Part shown: in pieces, positions 49,431 to 62,582 of the stretch
Layout: each line of letters begins with the position of its first letter
Position numbering within the stretch: position 1 is the stretch's first letter
Assembly: GCA_030390025.1 (NCBI GenBank)
Contig: CM059429.1
Location: forward strand, 118,172,001-118,236,000
DNA length: 64,000 nucleotides
From: Squalus acanthias
Taxonomy: Eukaryota
Reading direction: 5' to 3'
Position numbers and translations under genes: made by a program
Notes under the pieces: model-generated
What the model was told of the DNA's origin: nothing
The model's input: only the letters and a program-made list of their open reading frames with translations
Database searches by the model: none

Positions 49431-51301
49431 CAACAAAGCAGGGAAAGAAATGCTGAAGGATGGGCACTGTTGGGATCAACACACCAATGTTATTTGTGAG
49501 CTGATGCGTTGCTCTATTTCTCAGCTCGAGAAAGTAAAGCTGCCCGGACTGTTTGACAGGTGGAATATTTTAGTTCTGGCGTGTGTTAATGCATGTTCTG
49601 TTTGTTTATGTTGAGCAGAGACGCCGTTTTAAATGTAGTTTATACCTGGCACGGGCTCACTGGTCTCCCGGGAGATTACTCACTTTCAAAGTATTTGGTC
49701 AGAGCTGAGCAGATGGCTGAGTGGCTGCATCATTTTCAATTTGATCAGTGATGAGTTCTGTCATATGCTGACTGCTGTCAATTTATCCATTAGTGTATAA
49801 CTATTACTGTGTTAGCTGACGGAGACAAGTGGACTAAGTGGCTGATAATGGACTTTTCATTGATCAGTTTTGATTAAAATCTGCTTAGACTACTCTTTTT
49901 TCTTACTTTTGAGATGTATGTTTTTGTTGCCCTTCAGGCCAGGGAATGCAGTAGTGTTAGTTGAAAATGCAATGCTTGAGCTGCCCATGTGCTGTCTCAA
50001 GCAGTGTGGTGTTTACTGTAAGATCACCCAGGGTTGATATTCCTGTCTTTTTTCTTACCTTTTCATGGCAGGATGTTCATGTATGTAACTTTTACTGCCC
50101 AGTAGCTTTTTGGGAAAGATGTCTGTGAAACCATTTGATGCCAATTAAAGCTGTCCAGAGATGCGACTGAATGTGTGATCCAAACTTAATTGGCACAAAA
50201 ACACAAACCCATTCGGATCACCCACCAGAGGTTAAAAACAGCTGTCAAGTTTGTTTTATCAACATTTGTTTTGTTCTCTGCACAAACAAGAATGGGTTAC
50301 TAATTAATATTGACATAAGAATTGCGATCTTTGCCGGAGTTCCTTCTTTTGTTGGGTGATATTGATACTGATTTTGACAGAATTCTGGGGTTGTGCAGCT
50401 TTGCAACAGGGGTCACACTTTGCTTCCCTTGGGGAGGGAGGTTGGGCGTTTACAATTTAATTTGTTCCTGAGGGGGAATGGGTTGGTTAAGATACTCTTT
50501 TATGAGACGGGATCATAACTCTTTCGCGCACCCCTCCCCCCCGCCCCCCACACTTCCATACCCCAAAGAGCTTTTGCTCATAAAAAGGACATTTGTGTTT
50601 CTACAAACTCAAGTAAAAGCCAAACTTAATTTACACTCGTATGAAAATAATCATGTAAATATCTTTAAGAAGAACCAAGTATAGAATTTTGCCTCGAAAT
50701 ACTGCCTTTAATCTGTTATCTGTGATCTGGCATCTACAGAACTAATTTCCGATAGATACTACATTGCGATGCTTTACTACATTCCTGCACTATATAAATG
50801 CAAGCTGTTGTACAGTAGCGTTCAATAAATGTACAGATTCAGTCTTTAACCATACTATTCATTAACTGAATTAACAGTTGCAAAATTTAAGCTGTGCTTT
50901 GGTGCAAAAATGGTGGATAATAGGCAGCAGATTGATCTAGTGAGTTTTTAAATTCATTCTTGGGCTGTGGCTGTCGCAGGCAAGGCCCATCCCTGGTTGG
51001 TGTTGTGGAGGTGATGGTGGGCCACTGGCAGTCCGTGTGGTGAACGTGCTCCCTCAATTCTGTTGGGCGGTGAAGTCAGTGTAACTTCAGGCAAGCTCTG
51101 GAATTCTCTTAAACTGTAAACAGATCTGTGTGAAGGTGTCCATTTCACTGGTAGTTTGCCAGTAATATATGGAAATGCAAGTTTGTTCTTTTAATGATTT
51201 TTACCCCTTGAAAAATGAAAAGATTTTAGTACTAGAATTAAACCAACATAATTAGATTTTTTTGTTTATTTGAAGGTATCTGCGTAATAAGAAACAGGCT
51301 G

Positions 51302-51700
51302 CAATCTTTCTCCTCCACGTCCTCCTCCTCCATGCCCTCCTCCTCCTCCACACCCCCTCCTCCTCCTCCACGCCCCAATCTTTCTCCTCCACGTCCTCCT
51401 CCTCCACGCCCTCCTCCTCCTCCTCCTTCATGCTCCACGCCCTCCTCCTCCTCCTCCTCTTCCTCCACCCCCTCCTCCTCCTCCACCCCCTCCACCCGCC
51501 TCCACGTCCTCCTCCTCCACGCCCCCTCCTCCTCCTCCACGCCCCCTCCTCCTCCTCCACGCCCCCCTCCTCCTCCTCCACGCCCCCTCCTCCTCCTCCA
51601 CGCCCCCCTCCTCCTCCTTCTCCACGCCATTCTTCTCATCTTTCTCTTCCTGCTCCTCGTCTTCCTTCTTTCTCCTCCTCCTCATCTTTGTTTTCTCCTC
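51302..51700. repeat. C/T-rich low-complexity minisatellite (CTCCTCCACGCCCC / (CCT)n)
   Basis: Directly visible; causes the spurious Pro/Glu/Gly/Arg-rich ORFs. Confidence 0.95.
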
Positions 51701-51901
51701 ATAGAATCATAGAAATTTACAGCACAGAAGGAGGCCTGATTGCAATTTCTGCATCGACCCTCTCTTTTGTTAAAACAGACACAAAGTATTCATTAAGAAC
51801 CATACCCATGTCTTCCGCCCCCACACACAGGTTACCTTTATGGTCCCTAATATGCCCTACTCTTACTTTAGTTATCCTCTTGCTCTTAATGTATTTATAA
51901 A
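51700..51901 (-). mobile_element. CR1 3' tail fused directly to an internal ORF2 piece
   Basis: CATAGAATCATAGAAATTTACAGCACAGAAGGAGGCC joined to sequence matching 4803-4955. Confidence 0.85.
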
Positions 51902-52635
51902 TACATTCTCATCTTCATTCTCTTACGTAAGATTTGTTACTAGCAGTTGCCTAAGAAGGCCAGGCTGGAATGCCCTCTGATTTTCCCTCCTTCCCTGTAG
52001 GGAGGTGCCTAATCACTGCATGGAACCTTTGTATATTGTCATTCAGATGTAGGGATCATGGACAAGGACTCAACTCCTACTACTCCATGGCGTGTGGTGT
52101 TCCAGCTCCAGCATTCTACATTACTGTGACTTCTTCACAAAAGATATTAACCACAGAGTTTGCGAAGTATGTTTTATGCCAGGCACATTGTTTGAGATGC
52201 AGTGGTCATAAGGTACAGTGTACAACCCAAGGCAATGTTGATAATGACCTGTCATCTTTGGTCATTTAGGATCAGAATCACCAGCAGAATTTTGAACTGT
52301 TGTGAAATTGTATATTTTGTAAGAGTCAAGTGTATGTTACAAACAGAATCATAGACTTCAGAGAGGTGGAATGTGGGAACTTATGGAACTTGTGACATTG
52401 AGCAGCATGTAATCTATTAGCTGTGGAGACCTGGCAGTTGCATTTCCTCATGTGACTTCTTAAATTGCTTTCTTCATCCCATCATTCCCTTTTCTGAAGT
52501 TAATTAAATGTGAGAGAACTGAGGCAATCAAATGTGCATGAAAGAAAAATGTCTGCAAAATTGATTCTCAGCTGGTGAGCTTACAATAGTCAGGAAGAGG
52601 CCTTGTTAAACATGTATGCTTTGATGGTTAGAGTG

Positions 52636-54822
52636 ATAAGAACATAAGAAATAGGAGCAGGAATAGGCCACTTGGCCCCTCGAGCCTGCTCCGCCATTCA
52701 ATAAGATCATGGCTGATCTTGGGCTCAAAGCCACTTCCCCGCCCGCTCCCCATAACCCTTCACTCCCTTATCTTGCAAAAATCTGTCTATCTCCACCTTA
52801 AATGTATTTAATGACCCAGCCTCCACAGCTCTCTGGGGAAGAGAATTCCACAGATTTACGACCCTCTGAGAGAAGAAATTTTTCCTCCTCACAGTTCTAA
52901 AAGGGTGACCCTTTATTCTGAAACTATGCCCCCGAGTTTTAGATTTCCCCACGAGGGGAAACATCCTCTCTGCATCTACCTTGTCAAGCCCCCTCAGTAT
53001 CTTATGTTTCAATAAGATCACCTCTCATTCTTCTAAATTCCAATGAGTATAGGCCCAACCTGCTCAACCTTTCTTCATAAGACAACCCCCTCATCTCAGG
53101 AATCAACCGAGTGAATCGTCTCTGAACTGCCTCCAATGCAAGTATATCCCTCCTTAAATAAGGAGACCAAAACTGTACACAGTACTCAAGGTGTGGTCTC
53201 ACCAATACCCTGTACAGTTGTAGCAGGACTTCCCTGCTTTTATACTCCATCCCCCTTGAAATAAAGGCCAACATTCCATTTGCCTTTTTGATTACTTGCT
53301 GTACCTGCATGCTAACTTTTTGTGTTTCATGCACAAGGACCCCCATGAACTGTAGCATTTTGTAATCTCTCTCCATTTAAATAATAATTTGCTTTTTTAT
53401 TTTTCCTGCCAAAGTGGATAACCTCGCACTTTCCCACATTATACTCCATCTGTCAAATGTTTGCCCACTCACTTAGCCTGTCTATATCCCTTTGCTGATT
53501 CTTTGAGTCCTCTGCACAACTTGCTTTCCCACCCATCTTTGTATAACCCACAAACTTGGCTACATTACACGCGGTCCATTCATCCAAGTCATTAATGTAG
53601 ATTGTAAATAGTTGAGGCCCCAGCACCGATCCCTGTGGCACCCCACTAGTTACCGTTTGCCAACCGGAAAATGACCCATTTATCCCGACTCTCTGCTTTC
53701 TGTTAGTTAGCCAATTCTCTATCCATGCTAATATATTACCCCCAACTCCGTGAGCTCTTATCTTATGCAGTAACCTTTTATATGGCATCTTATCGAATGC
53801 CCTCTGGAAATCCAAATACACCACATCCACTGGTTCACCCTTATCCACCCTGCTCGTTACATCCTCAAAGAACTCCAGCAAATTTGTTAAACATGATTTC
53901 CCTTTCATAAAACCATGCTGACTCTGCTTGACTGCATTATGATTTTCCAAATGCCCTGCTACTGCTTCCTTAATGAAGGACTCCAGCATTTTCCCAACGA
54001 CAGATGTTAGGCTAACTGGTCTATAGTTTCCTGCTTTCTGTCTCCCTCCTTTCTTAAATAGGGGTGTTACATTTGCGGTTTTCCAATCCGCTGGGACCTC
54101 TCCAGAGTCCAGGGAATGTTGGTATATTGCAACCAATGCATCCACTATCTATGCAGCCACTTCTTTTAAGATCCTGGGATGCAGGCCATCTGGTCCAGGG
54201 GACTTGTCGTCTTTTAGTCCCATTATTTTACCAAGTACTTTTTCCTTAGTGATAGTGATTGTCTTTAGTTCCCCCCTCCCTGTGGCCCCTTGATTATCCA
54301 TTATTGGGATGCTGTTAGTGTCTTCTACCGTGAAGACAGATACAAAATATTTGTTAGGAGTCTCTGCCATTTCCCCATTCCCCATTATTAATTCCCCATT
54401 CTCATCCTCTAAGGGATCAATGTTTACTTTAGCTACTCTCTTCCTTTTTATATACCTGTAGAAGCTCTTACTTTCTGTTTTCATATTTTTGCCAGTTTAC
54501 TCTCATAATTCATCTCTCTTTTTTAGTCATCCTTTGCTGGTTTCTAAATATTTCTCAATCTTCTGGCCTCCCACCAATCTTGGCAACATTGTATGCCTCA
54601 GTTTTCAATTTGATACCATCCTTTACTTCCTTAGTTAGCCACGGATGGTGCTCCCTTCTCTTAAAATCTTTCTTTCTCACTGGAATATATTTTTGTTGAG
54701 AGTTATGAAATATCTCCTTAAATGTCCACCACTGCATTTCAACTGTCTTACCTTTTAATTTATTTTTCCAGTCCACTTTAGCCAGTTCTGCCCTCATGCC
54801 ATTGTAATTGCCTTTGTTTAAG
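52636..54822 (-). mobile_element. 5'-truncated CR1 LINE (second subfamily)
   Basis: ORFs 54555-54863, 54149-54484 (KSPGPDGLHPRILKE), 53453-54145 (RT; FADD mutated to FVGY), 53002-53376 and 52725-53021; (ATAAGAAC)n tail. Confidence 0.96.
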
Positions 54823-55672
54823 ATCAGGACAACTGATATTCTTTGCATGGACTCTGCTGTCATTGGGACGCATTGAATTATGACTTACATGTCATATATA
54901 ACCAGCAATGGTGAAGCAAAAGACATGAAAATGCACAAGTCAATGGGAGTGATCTTGCATGTTTTTCAATAAAGCCTTGTTACTGAAGAGTATTTGAGGC
55001 GCTAGATCCTTTATCTGCTTAACGGTGATTGTACAAAAGCTGTCTGCATTGAACTTTTATGTCCAAACGCTTTCCTTGGGATTTAATTACAAATGACTGA
55101 GTTCATTGTCGAAGCTGATGTGCTGCCACGTGGCATCCTTACCTGACGTAGGAAATTGAGCAGCTTATCTTTACCTTCAGTTCCAATTAAAGGGATGATT
55201 CTTAAACCTGTTAGTAAGAGAAATCGCTTCCCTAAATCCTGCTGTTTTGGATCTGCATATGATTTGTGTGTTTAAGTTAGTTTTGAGGTGGTGGTGTGGG
55301 GGGTGGTGGAGCAACTTAGCTGCAACCCTGCTCTTTCACAGCCTCCAGTCCATTTCCTAAATTTGGGTCCTAAGATGCGATTAGGACCTGGATGCCATTT
55401 AGGTCTCTAACCGCTTTGCTATTGTAAGTTCCTCAACCCGCCCAGAAAGCATTGGTGGTGCAAGTTTGGAGGTGGCCATTTCCAGCAATATTTCAAGGTA
55501 TTCTCAGCTGCTCTCCGGTAAAATGCTGGAAAGTTTTGGAAGATATTTTGCTTCTGTTACATTGTGGTTTTTAAGCAGGGCACATCGTCCTAAACTCAGC
55601 TCAGCACCAACATTTTAAACCAATTCCTGGGCTTGGAATCAACAAATGAGGATTTTCATCGAATGATAAAAA

Positions 55673-55900
55673 TTATAGCACAGGAGGAGGCCATTCGGTC
55701 CCAGTGCTGGTGCTCTTTCCTGTAACCCCATTAAACCCTGATCATTTTATATTCCTCCTTTTCAACAACTTATCCCATTCCCTTTTAAATGATGTTTTAC
55801 TCTCTACCTTAATAGCCACTTTTGGTGAAGGATCCTATGGTTTAATAGCCCTCAATTCCCTTCCCCCTTGGTTCTTCCAGTGAGAATCCTCTGTCTCCAT
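55673..55900 (-). mobile_element. Old CR1 3' fragment
   Basis: ATAGCACAGGAGGAGGCCATTCGGTCC...TTATCCCATTCCCTTTTAAATG. Confidence 0.6.
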
Positions 55901-56343
55901 GCCCCCATTCCCTATTTCCCCTCTCACACCACCCCCATTCCTTAGTCACCCTCTCTCCACGACACCATTCCAGGCTCCCTCATTTTCCCCATTCCCGGCC
56001 CCAGTCTCCCTCTCTTTCCTCCCCCCGCCCCCCCCCCCCCCTTCCTCCTCCTCCTCCAAGGCTCCCGAGTCCCCTCCTGACTGTTTCTGGCATACCAGCC
56101 GGTCCCCCGGCTCTGCAGTCGTGGGCGGGTGACGTCACTGGGCCAGAGGCTTCTCCGCAGCAGCAGCCGGTTACGGAGCGTGGGGGTGGCGGGTGCGGGG
56201 GGGGGGGTGCACAGCTGTAGGTGCTGCTGCAGCGAGTCATTTAAAGCTTAAAGATCTCCCGGGCTGCGAGTAGCAGTGCCCGGGAGAGACTGGTGCCCCA
56301 TTCCGGGAGACTCGCAGGCAATCCAGGAGTGTTGGCAACCCTA
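55900..56343. mobile_element. GC-rich hAT-like terminal fragment
   Basis: Ends CCGGGAGACTC..CAATCCAGGAGTGTTGGCAACCCTA (reverse complement of TAGGGTTGCCAAC); contains TGACGTCA. Confidence 0.55.
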
Positions 56344-56815
56344 ACACTGCAATGTTAATCAAAGTACAATGGGTACACCACACTAAATCAATAGCTTATG
56401 CACAATCATGCAGATGTATTTTCATAAGTTGTTGCACTGAAGGAAATGGAAAGCTTTGTAGTTTGTACCTCCCACATGGTGACACTACAAGGATAACATT
56501 TGAAGTGTGAAATGAGAGAGGGCACTTTGGCTAGACTGGCATCTATGATTTTATCTCTAAATAATGTAGCAAACTTCATGGTCTGTCTTGGTTGAATGGT
56601 AATAGCTAAGAGCTTCTGAAGTGGCTGCACCGCCCCCAGTACCTGTAGCACTGGGAAAGTACTAAGCAAACCCCTATCGTTATCTCTAGCTTGACAGAAG
56701 TCCACAGTGGTCATTTTTTTTTGGCTTTGTGGATTTTGCCAAAAATTGCAGGTGGTGAGGACATTCAAATGTTTACCTTTTACTTTGCACTCAACATTCA
56801 GACTAATGGGGGTGG

Positions 56816-56927
56816 GGGAGCAATTTTAACCTAACCCCATTTAAGTCAGTGGAGAGTCATATTGGGCGGGGCGTTCCACTCGATTCCATCAGTTTTCTGA
56901 TGGACGAGTTAGGTTAAAATTGTCCCC
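56816..56927. mobile_element. Tiny (about 112 bp) MITE
   Basis: 20-bp TIR GGGAGCAATTTTAACCTAAC / GTTAGGTTAAAATTGTCCCC. Confidence 0.75.
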
Positions 56928-57514
56928 TAGGTGTAAAAAGATGGTTGGAATTGCAGTGTGAATTTATTAGAAATGATAGTTGTAACTGTGACTGGGAAGT
57001 GATTAGGAGAGGGGCAGAGGCAATGTTCTCTCTTTGTCTGCCCTATCATGACCCGACTTAGATTGATTGCATTACCTTTACTGTTACTGCACAAATGATA
57101 CAAGTGTATACATTTGTATCTGGATGACTATTTACATTATTATGGTATATTTGTAAAAATGTAATATCTTTAAGGCCTCTTGTCTTATCAAGAACTAGAG
57201 CCTTTTATTTATTGTATTAATTGTACTTATTCTTTTTTTAAGTCAGAGCACTGCCACTATTTACAAAACGTTCCTGAGTTATATCAGCCTAAACTCTACA
57301 TGACAGCAATTTAGTATTTATGTAAAAAAAGTGGCAAACTAATTCATTTTGATGTTCCTTCCCCTCTCTACAGTGTTGTAATTAAAAATGCCAGTTAAAT
57401 TGATTACATATTAGTTGATGCAACTGAAGTGAACTGCACACCAATTATCGTGCTGCAGAAAAATTTCGCACTGCCTGAAAAGTAAATAAATTGTGTCCTG
57501 CTCATTACTTCTCG

Positions 57515-57700
57515 ATCAACCTGTGCTGAGTTAGCATATCTCAGCCGGGACCAACCAGGCCCCTGTTCCTGAGCATAAACAGGTGACCCCTGCGGGAAAG
57601 GGCACTTCTGTGGATGTCTGGTAAGAACCAGATCAGGCTTGGCCATTGCTGCCCTATGTTCAGATACCCAACTAACAGTAAGTGTCGTGGGATCATGCAT
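57515..57700 (+). mobile_element. LF-SINE-like remnant
   Basis: CTGTGCTGAGTTAGCATATCTCAGCCGGG...GTGGATGTCTGGTAAGAACCAGATCAGGCTTGGC. Confidence 0.55.
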
Positions 57701-58548
57701 GAAGGAATGGGGGCTTGCGCAAGGCACTGAAGGGAAGTGGAGCTGTCACCCAGCGTGAGTTCAGCACCTTCAGAAGAAAAGGGGAGAACATTGAGGTGGG
57801 GAAATGCAAGGAAAAGCTTTGGGCAATGATTAAATCCAGCAGTGAGTTGGTGCACTTTCCTTCACATAAAATGCACTTTTTTTCCCTTCCTTTTATGTGT
57901 ACAGGGTTAACACCTAGGCACCTTTTTTTTCAATATACTACATTTTTGCCAGAAGTGGAAAGAACCATATAAGAATTCATAATTATTTCATCTCTTATAA
58001 TACCTTTTTGTCATTAAAAGCACTCCTGCACATCCAACCATTCATGTTTTAAAGCCTCTTTAGAGCAGGCACTTACAATTTAATTTGTATCAGTTTTCAG
58101 ATATGAAAATTGATGTTGTTTCAACGATACATTCCAAATTTATTATGCTTCCACGATACAAAAAAAGTGAACATTGCTGGATGTTATCAGGAAAACTATA
58201 GTTTCATCAATTTGTTTGAAATTTCATTGTGTAAATCTACAAGGTCTATTACTGAATATTACTCACCTTTTGCATATTCTGAATTATTAAAGTTTGAAAA
58301 AGTAGCATTTTTGTTTTGGCCGCTTCAGTTGGATACATTGTACGTTCAAAGAATAGCACCGGTCAGCAATTTCGGGAGCTTTTGAACACAGCTTTATATA
58401 GCTATATCAGTCGGGCATTACCTTTGCATTATTGCTAACTATTTTTTGAGTTCGGAATTAAAGCTGTACAAAATCTTCAAACAGAAAATATTTTATTGAC
58501 ATTTTCCCCTGCTGTTTGAGGGCAGGTTTCAATGGAATGCGTAATCAA

Positions 58549-58706
58549 AAGATGTGCGGGTTAGGTTGATTTGGCTATGATAAATTGACCCTTAGTGTTA
58601 GGGGGATTAAATACGTGGGGTTACGGGGATAGGGTGGGATATGTGTCGGTGCAGGCTCGATGGGCCGAAATGGCCTCTATCTGCACTGTGGGGATTCTGT
58701 GATTCT
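58549..58706 (+). mobile_element. HE1-like (V-SINE) 3' portion
   Basis: AAGATGTGCGGGTTAGGTTGATTTGGCTATGATAAATTGACCCTTAGTGT (V-domain) plus CR1-like tail GATGGGCCGAAATGGCCT..GATTCTGTGATTCT. Confidence 0.8.
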
Positions 58707-58914
58707 GTAATCCGGATCATGAGAAACTTTAGGAACAGGAAAAGACCAGAATGAGCTCAACCCCACTTAACCTGCCTTTTCAAAATGTCCCCTTCTGTTT
58801 TTAGCAACATAGCTACATTTATGCTATCTGCTTTAGTAGCCTTCCCAGGTAACGCGTATTCCCCGTGTTTATTGTCCTTTTGGATGAATAAGCACTGGCT
58901 GAATTTCCTCCTTA

Positions 58915-59690
58915 TTACAATAATAACAACTTGCCTTTAGTGCAGAATAAACGTTCCCAAGCGCTTCATAAAGGTGTAAGAAAAAAATGGATGCCAAGCC
59001 AAAAACAGGAGATATTAGTTGGAGTGACCAAAACTCGGTGAAAGAGGTGGATTTTAAGGAGAGAGAGAGACAGAGTGATTTAGGAAGCTTGGACCGAGGT
59101 GACTGAAGTCACTGCCACCAATAGTGGGGAGAAGGGAGGGGGATGCACACAAGGCCAGAGTCAGAGGAATGGAGAGTTTCGAGGTGGGGGGGTGGGGGGT
59201 TGTAGGGCTGGAGGAGGTTACAGAGATGGGATGGGGTGAGGCAATGAAAGAGATTTAAACATAAGGTTGAGAATTTTAGATTTGAGGTATTGGGGAACCA
59301 AGCTACCGAAGACAGGGGTGATATGTGAGTGGGACTTATGCGTGATAGGATAGCGGCAGCAGAGTTTTGGATGAGCTGAAATTTACGGAGGGTGGAAGGT
59401 GGGAGGCTGACCAGGAGAGCAATGCAATTGTTGAGTTTAGAGGTGACAAAGGCATGGATGAGGGTTTCAGCAGCAGATGGGCTAAGGTATGAACAGAGGC
59501 GACTGATGTGACGGAGGTGGAAGGAGGCGGTCTTTGAGATGGAGAGGATATGGGGTCAGTGGAGACGGTGGCCGGGCAGGGAGATGGAATCAGTGGCACG
59601 GGTTTGTGGTGGGGACCAAAGACGATGGCTTCGGCCTACCCAACATTTAACTGGAGGAAATTGGAACTCATCCAAAACTCAATATCGAGC
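58915..59690 (-). mobile_element. L2 LINE 3' fragment
   Basis: Minus strand 59413-59488 translates LSPSAAETLIHAFVTSKLNNCIAL (L2 L.HAFVTSRLDYCN motif); L2 tail near 58920. Confidence 0.85.
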
Positions 59691-60129
59691 ATGTGATTGC
59701 CTCTTAATGCCCTCTGAAGTGGCCTAGCAAGTAACCCAACTGGAAATAATTGCTCCCACCATCTTCTCAGGGCAACTAGGGATGGGGTATGAATGTAGTC
59801 CTCGCATTATCACTCACATCCTGAGAGCAAATAAAAAAATATATAACTTTTGCATTTTAAATATGAGATGACAAGTATGCTGTGTGAGTGCCGAGCCCAG
59901 TCCATCTGCTTATGTGTACTGGTGTGCTGAGCCAAGCTAACCCTGGCAGATGGATAGATTGTGAGAGGCTGCATGACAAAAGTAATGGTTAGCACTCTAC
60001 AGAGCATTGAAGTAGTGAAGAAAGTGCAAGGGACCTGACGTGGCTGTCCAATTCCTTTACTATTTTGGGAAAGGGGAGGAAAATGTGTTTTTTTTTATTA
60101 TTATTACTCCCGGGGAAGTAGCTGAAGGA

Positions 60130-60956
60130 GGAGATAGATAGGCTAAGTGAGTGGGCAAGAACATGGCAAATGGAATATAATGTGGAGAAATGTGAAGTTA
60201 TCCACTTTGGTAGGAAAAATAGAAAAGCAGAGTATTTTTTAAATGGTGAGAGATTGGGAAATGTTCAGAGGGACCTGGGTATCCTTGGACACGATTCATT
60301 GAAAGCAAGCAATTAGGAAAGCAAATGGGATGTTGGCCTTTATTACTAGAGGATTTGAGTATAAGAGTAAAGATATCTTCCTTCAATTATGTAGGGCCCT
60401 GGTGAGACCACACCTGGAGTATTGTGCACAGTTTTGGTCTCCTTACCTAAGGAAGGATATACTTGCCATAGAGAGAGTGCAACGAAGGTTCACCAGACTG
60501 GTTCCTGGGATGGGGGGGTTGTCCTATGAGGAGAGTATGAGTAGACTAGGCCTATATTCTCTAGAGTTTAGAAGAATGAGAGGTGATCTCATTGAAACAT
60601 ACAAAATTCTTACAGGGCTTGATAGGGTAAATGCAGGGAGGATGGTTCCCCTGGCTGGGAAGTCTAGAACCAGAGGTCACAGTCTCAGAATAAGGGGTTT
60701 GCATTTAGGACTGAGATGAAGAGAAGTTTCTTCACTCAGAGGGTGGTGAATCTTTGGAGGGCTGTGGAGGCTCAGTCATTGAGTATATTCAAGATAGAGA
60801 TCGATAGATTTTTGAAAATTAAGGGAATCAAGAGATAAGGGGATAGTGCAGGAAAGTGGAAATGAGGTAGAAGATCAGCCATGATCTTATTGAATGGCGG
60901 AGTAGGCTCGAGGGGCCGAATGGCCTACTCTTGCTCCTACTCTTATGTTCTTATGT
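60130..60956 (+). mobile_element. CR1 3' fragment
   Basis: ORF 60330-60719 LVRPHLEYCAQFWSPYL...TRGHSLRI; TCTTATGTTCTTATG tail. Confidence 0.95.
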
Positions 60957-61449
60957 AGGAGTTTTAAGGAAGGTCGTGAACTTTGTACAGGCTGTGATTG
61001 CTGCTTCATCGCTGCGGCACAGAAGTGCAGGAAAATGAAACCTGTTACTTAAATTCTGTTTGTAGATCAGGCAGAGAGTGCAAAGGCCGAGCAGAAAGCA
61101 GAGGTTGTTTGCACGTTTTTAACTCGCACACAGGCATAAAAGGCAGCCAGCCAAGAATGGGAACAGCAAGGTATCTTTGGATGTCCGTTTCTTCAAATGT
61201 TTGTGCAGCTGAGGCTCAGCTAGCCTACCCTTTTGCGAGAACAAACAAAAAGGCTCAGTTTAAAATGATACGCCACTGGTGTGTACTTTATTTATGTGTA
61301 TACAAATTTCAAAATGCCAAATCTTTGAGGTATAATCAAACAGTAATAGATTTCATGTGTCACCAAATTTCATTGTGTAAATCTACAGAGTCTATTATGT
61401 CAGGGAGTGAAGAGTTGATGGGCATAAGCATTAGTTTGAACTTTGAGCG

Positions 61450-62060
61450 CAATTGCGGTGTGGGGTGGCAAGGTGGGGGCGACAAGAGCGTGAGACCCTG
61501 ATCATTGTACCACCCAGGTACACTTTAATTTTTCACAAAATACACCCACCTGAAGCCAGTGATAATGACGCAATGGCCGGAGCATAAGCGGACAGCAAAC
61601 CACTGTCGGGGACCTAAGGAAGCTATCCCCGGCAAGGTAAATAATATGGAGGCTTGTTCCGAGATGATCGTGGACATGGGAAAACAACGTGAAGCTTGGG
61701 GGAAGATTCCTTGTTGGGCCTGGAGGAGCTGGCCCACAAGGAAAGAGATTTAAAAAATCAAACATCATTTACCTGGGCCTCTTCTCGCCATGGAGCCAAA
61801 TCACGGCAGCATTCCCAGGCGTGGTCGGCACTGTGCGTGATTTACACAGCTGGAGGTTAAAATCACTGGGTTCCGAGTGAGGTCATTGGACCCTGACTTT
61901 TGAATAATTGAGGCCCTTGTCAGCCTGCGGCAAGGGCCTCAAACCCCTCCCAAAACATGGGAGCAAAAACCGCGGCTAGCGAGAATACAACGTGAACGTG
62001 GCGGTTTGGGCGTACTACCATTTTAACTCTCTGCATGCCACATTCTCCTTGCGGGTGGAG
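61450..62060. mobile_element. Probable decayed DNA-transposon/MITE sequence
   Basis: GC/CpG-richer block with GGTTAAAATC-type motifs shared with local MITEs; termini not resolved. Confidence 0.3.
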
Positions 62061-62582
62061 GGGCTTTGCTTTCTGGTTTTCTTACTTGATCCTTGTTTGA
62101 TAGGACACTACAATAATGCATCCTTTTTAAACTCTGAATTCATTCAAGTACTGATCATCATGTTTTAAATACAAGGAGTCTTTTCCATTGGTTGATAAAT
62201 GATGTGCTAATTACATTTCTAGTCTTGTTATCCCAGTTAGAATGGCTCCCATTTTTAGATGATTGTTCTCTCATTTAGTGGGACTGTTATTGCTCTCACG
62301 AGATAACTCATTTTACAAAGTAGGTCACCACCAAACGAATGGGACATTTTTAAAGATGTGTTAGGGCAAGACAAATTTTATTGATTTCAGATTGGAGAGC
62401 CAATCTGTTATTCAATTTTATAATCGATCCGCCTTACATAATATATAACTTGCTGTTCTATCAATTCACTCTTTCATTTTTAATGAATATATAGAACAAG
62501 ATTTGTAACTCAGCTGGACTCTTTAAAATGCAGAGATCATAAAAGCTTCAAAGCTTGGTCCATCACTGTTGTTGGTAGAGAG

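Noticed and set aside
51238-51900. Several >100-aa Pro/Glu/Gly/Arg-rich ORFs
   Set aside because: Artefacts of the (CCT)n minisatellite.
58255-58305. Minus-strand 12-nt microexon (TTCAG|AATATGCAAAAG|GTGAGT)
   Set aside because: Such matches are expected by chance in 64 kb; no host gene context to support it.
61065-61169. Candidate exon after TTCTGTTTGTAG within the 167-aa ORF
   Set aside because: No recognisable protein in any frame and weak donors; unsupported without RNA data.
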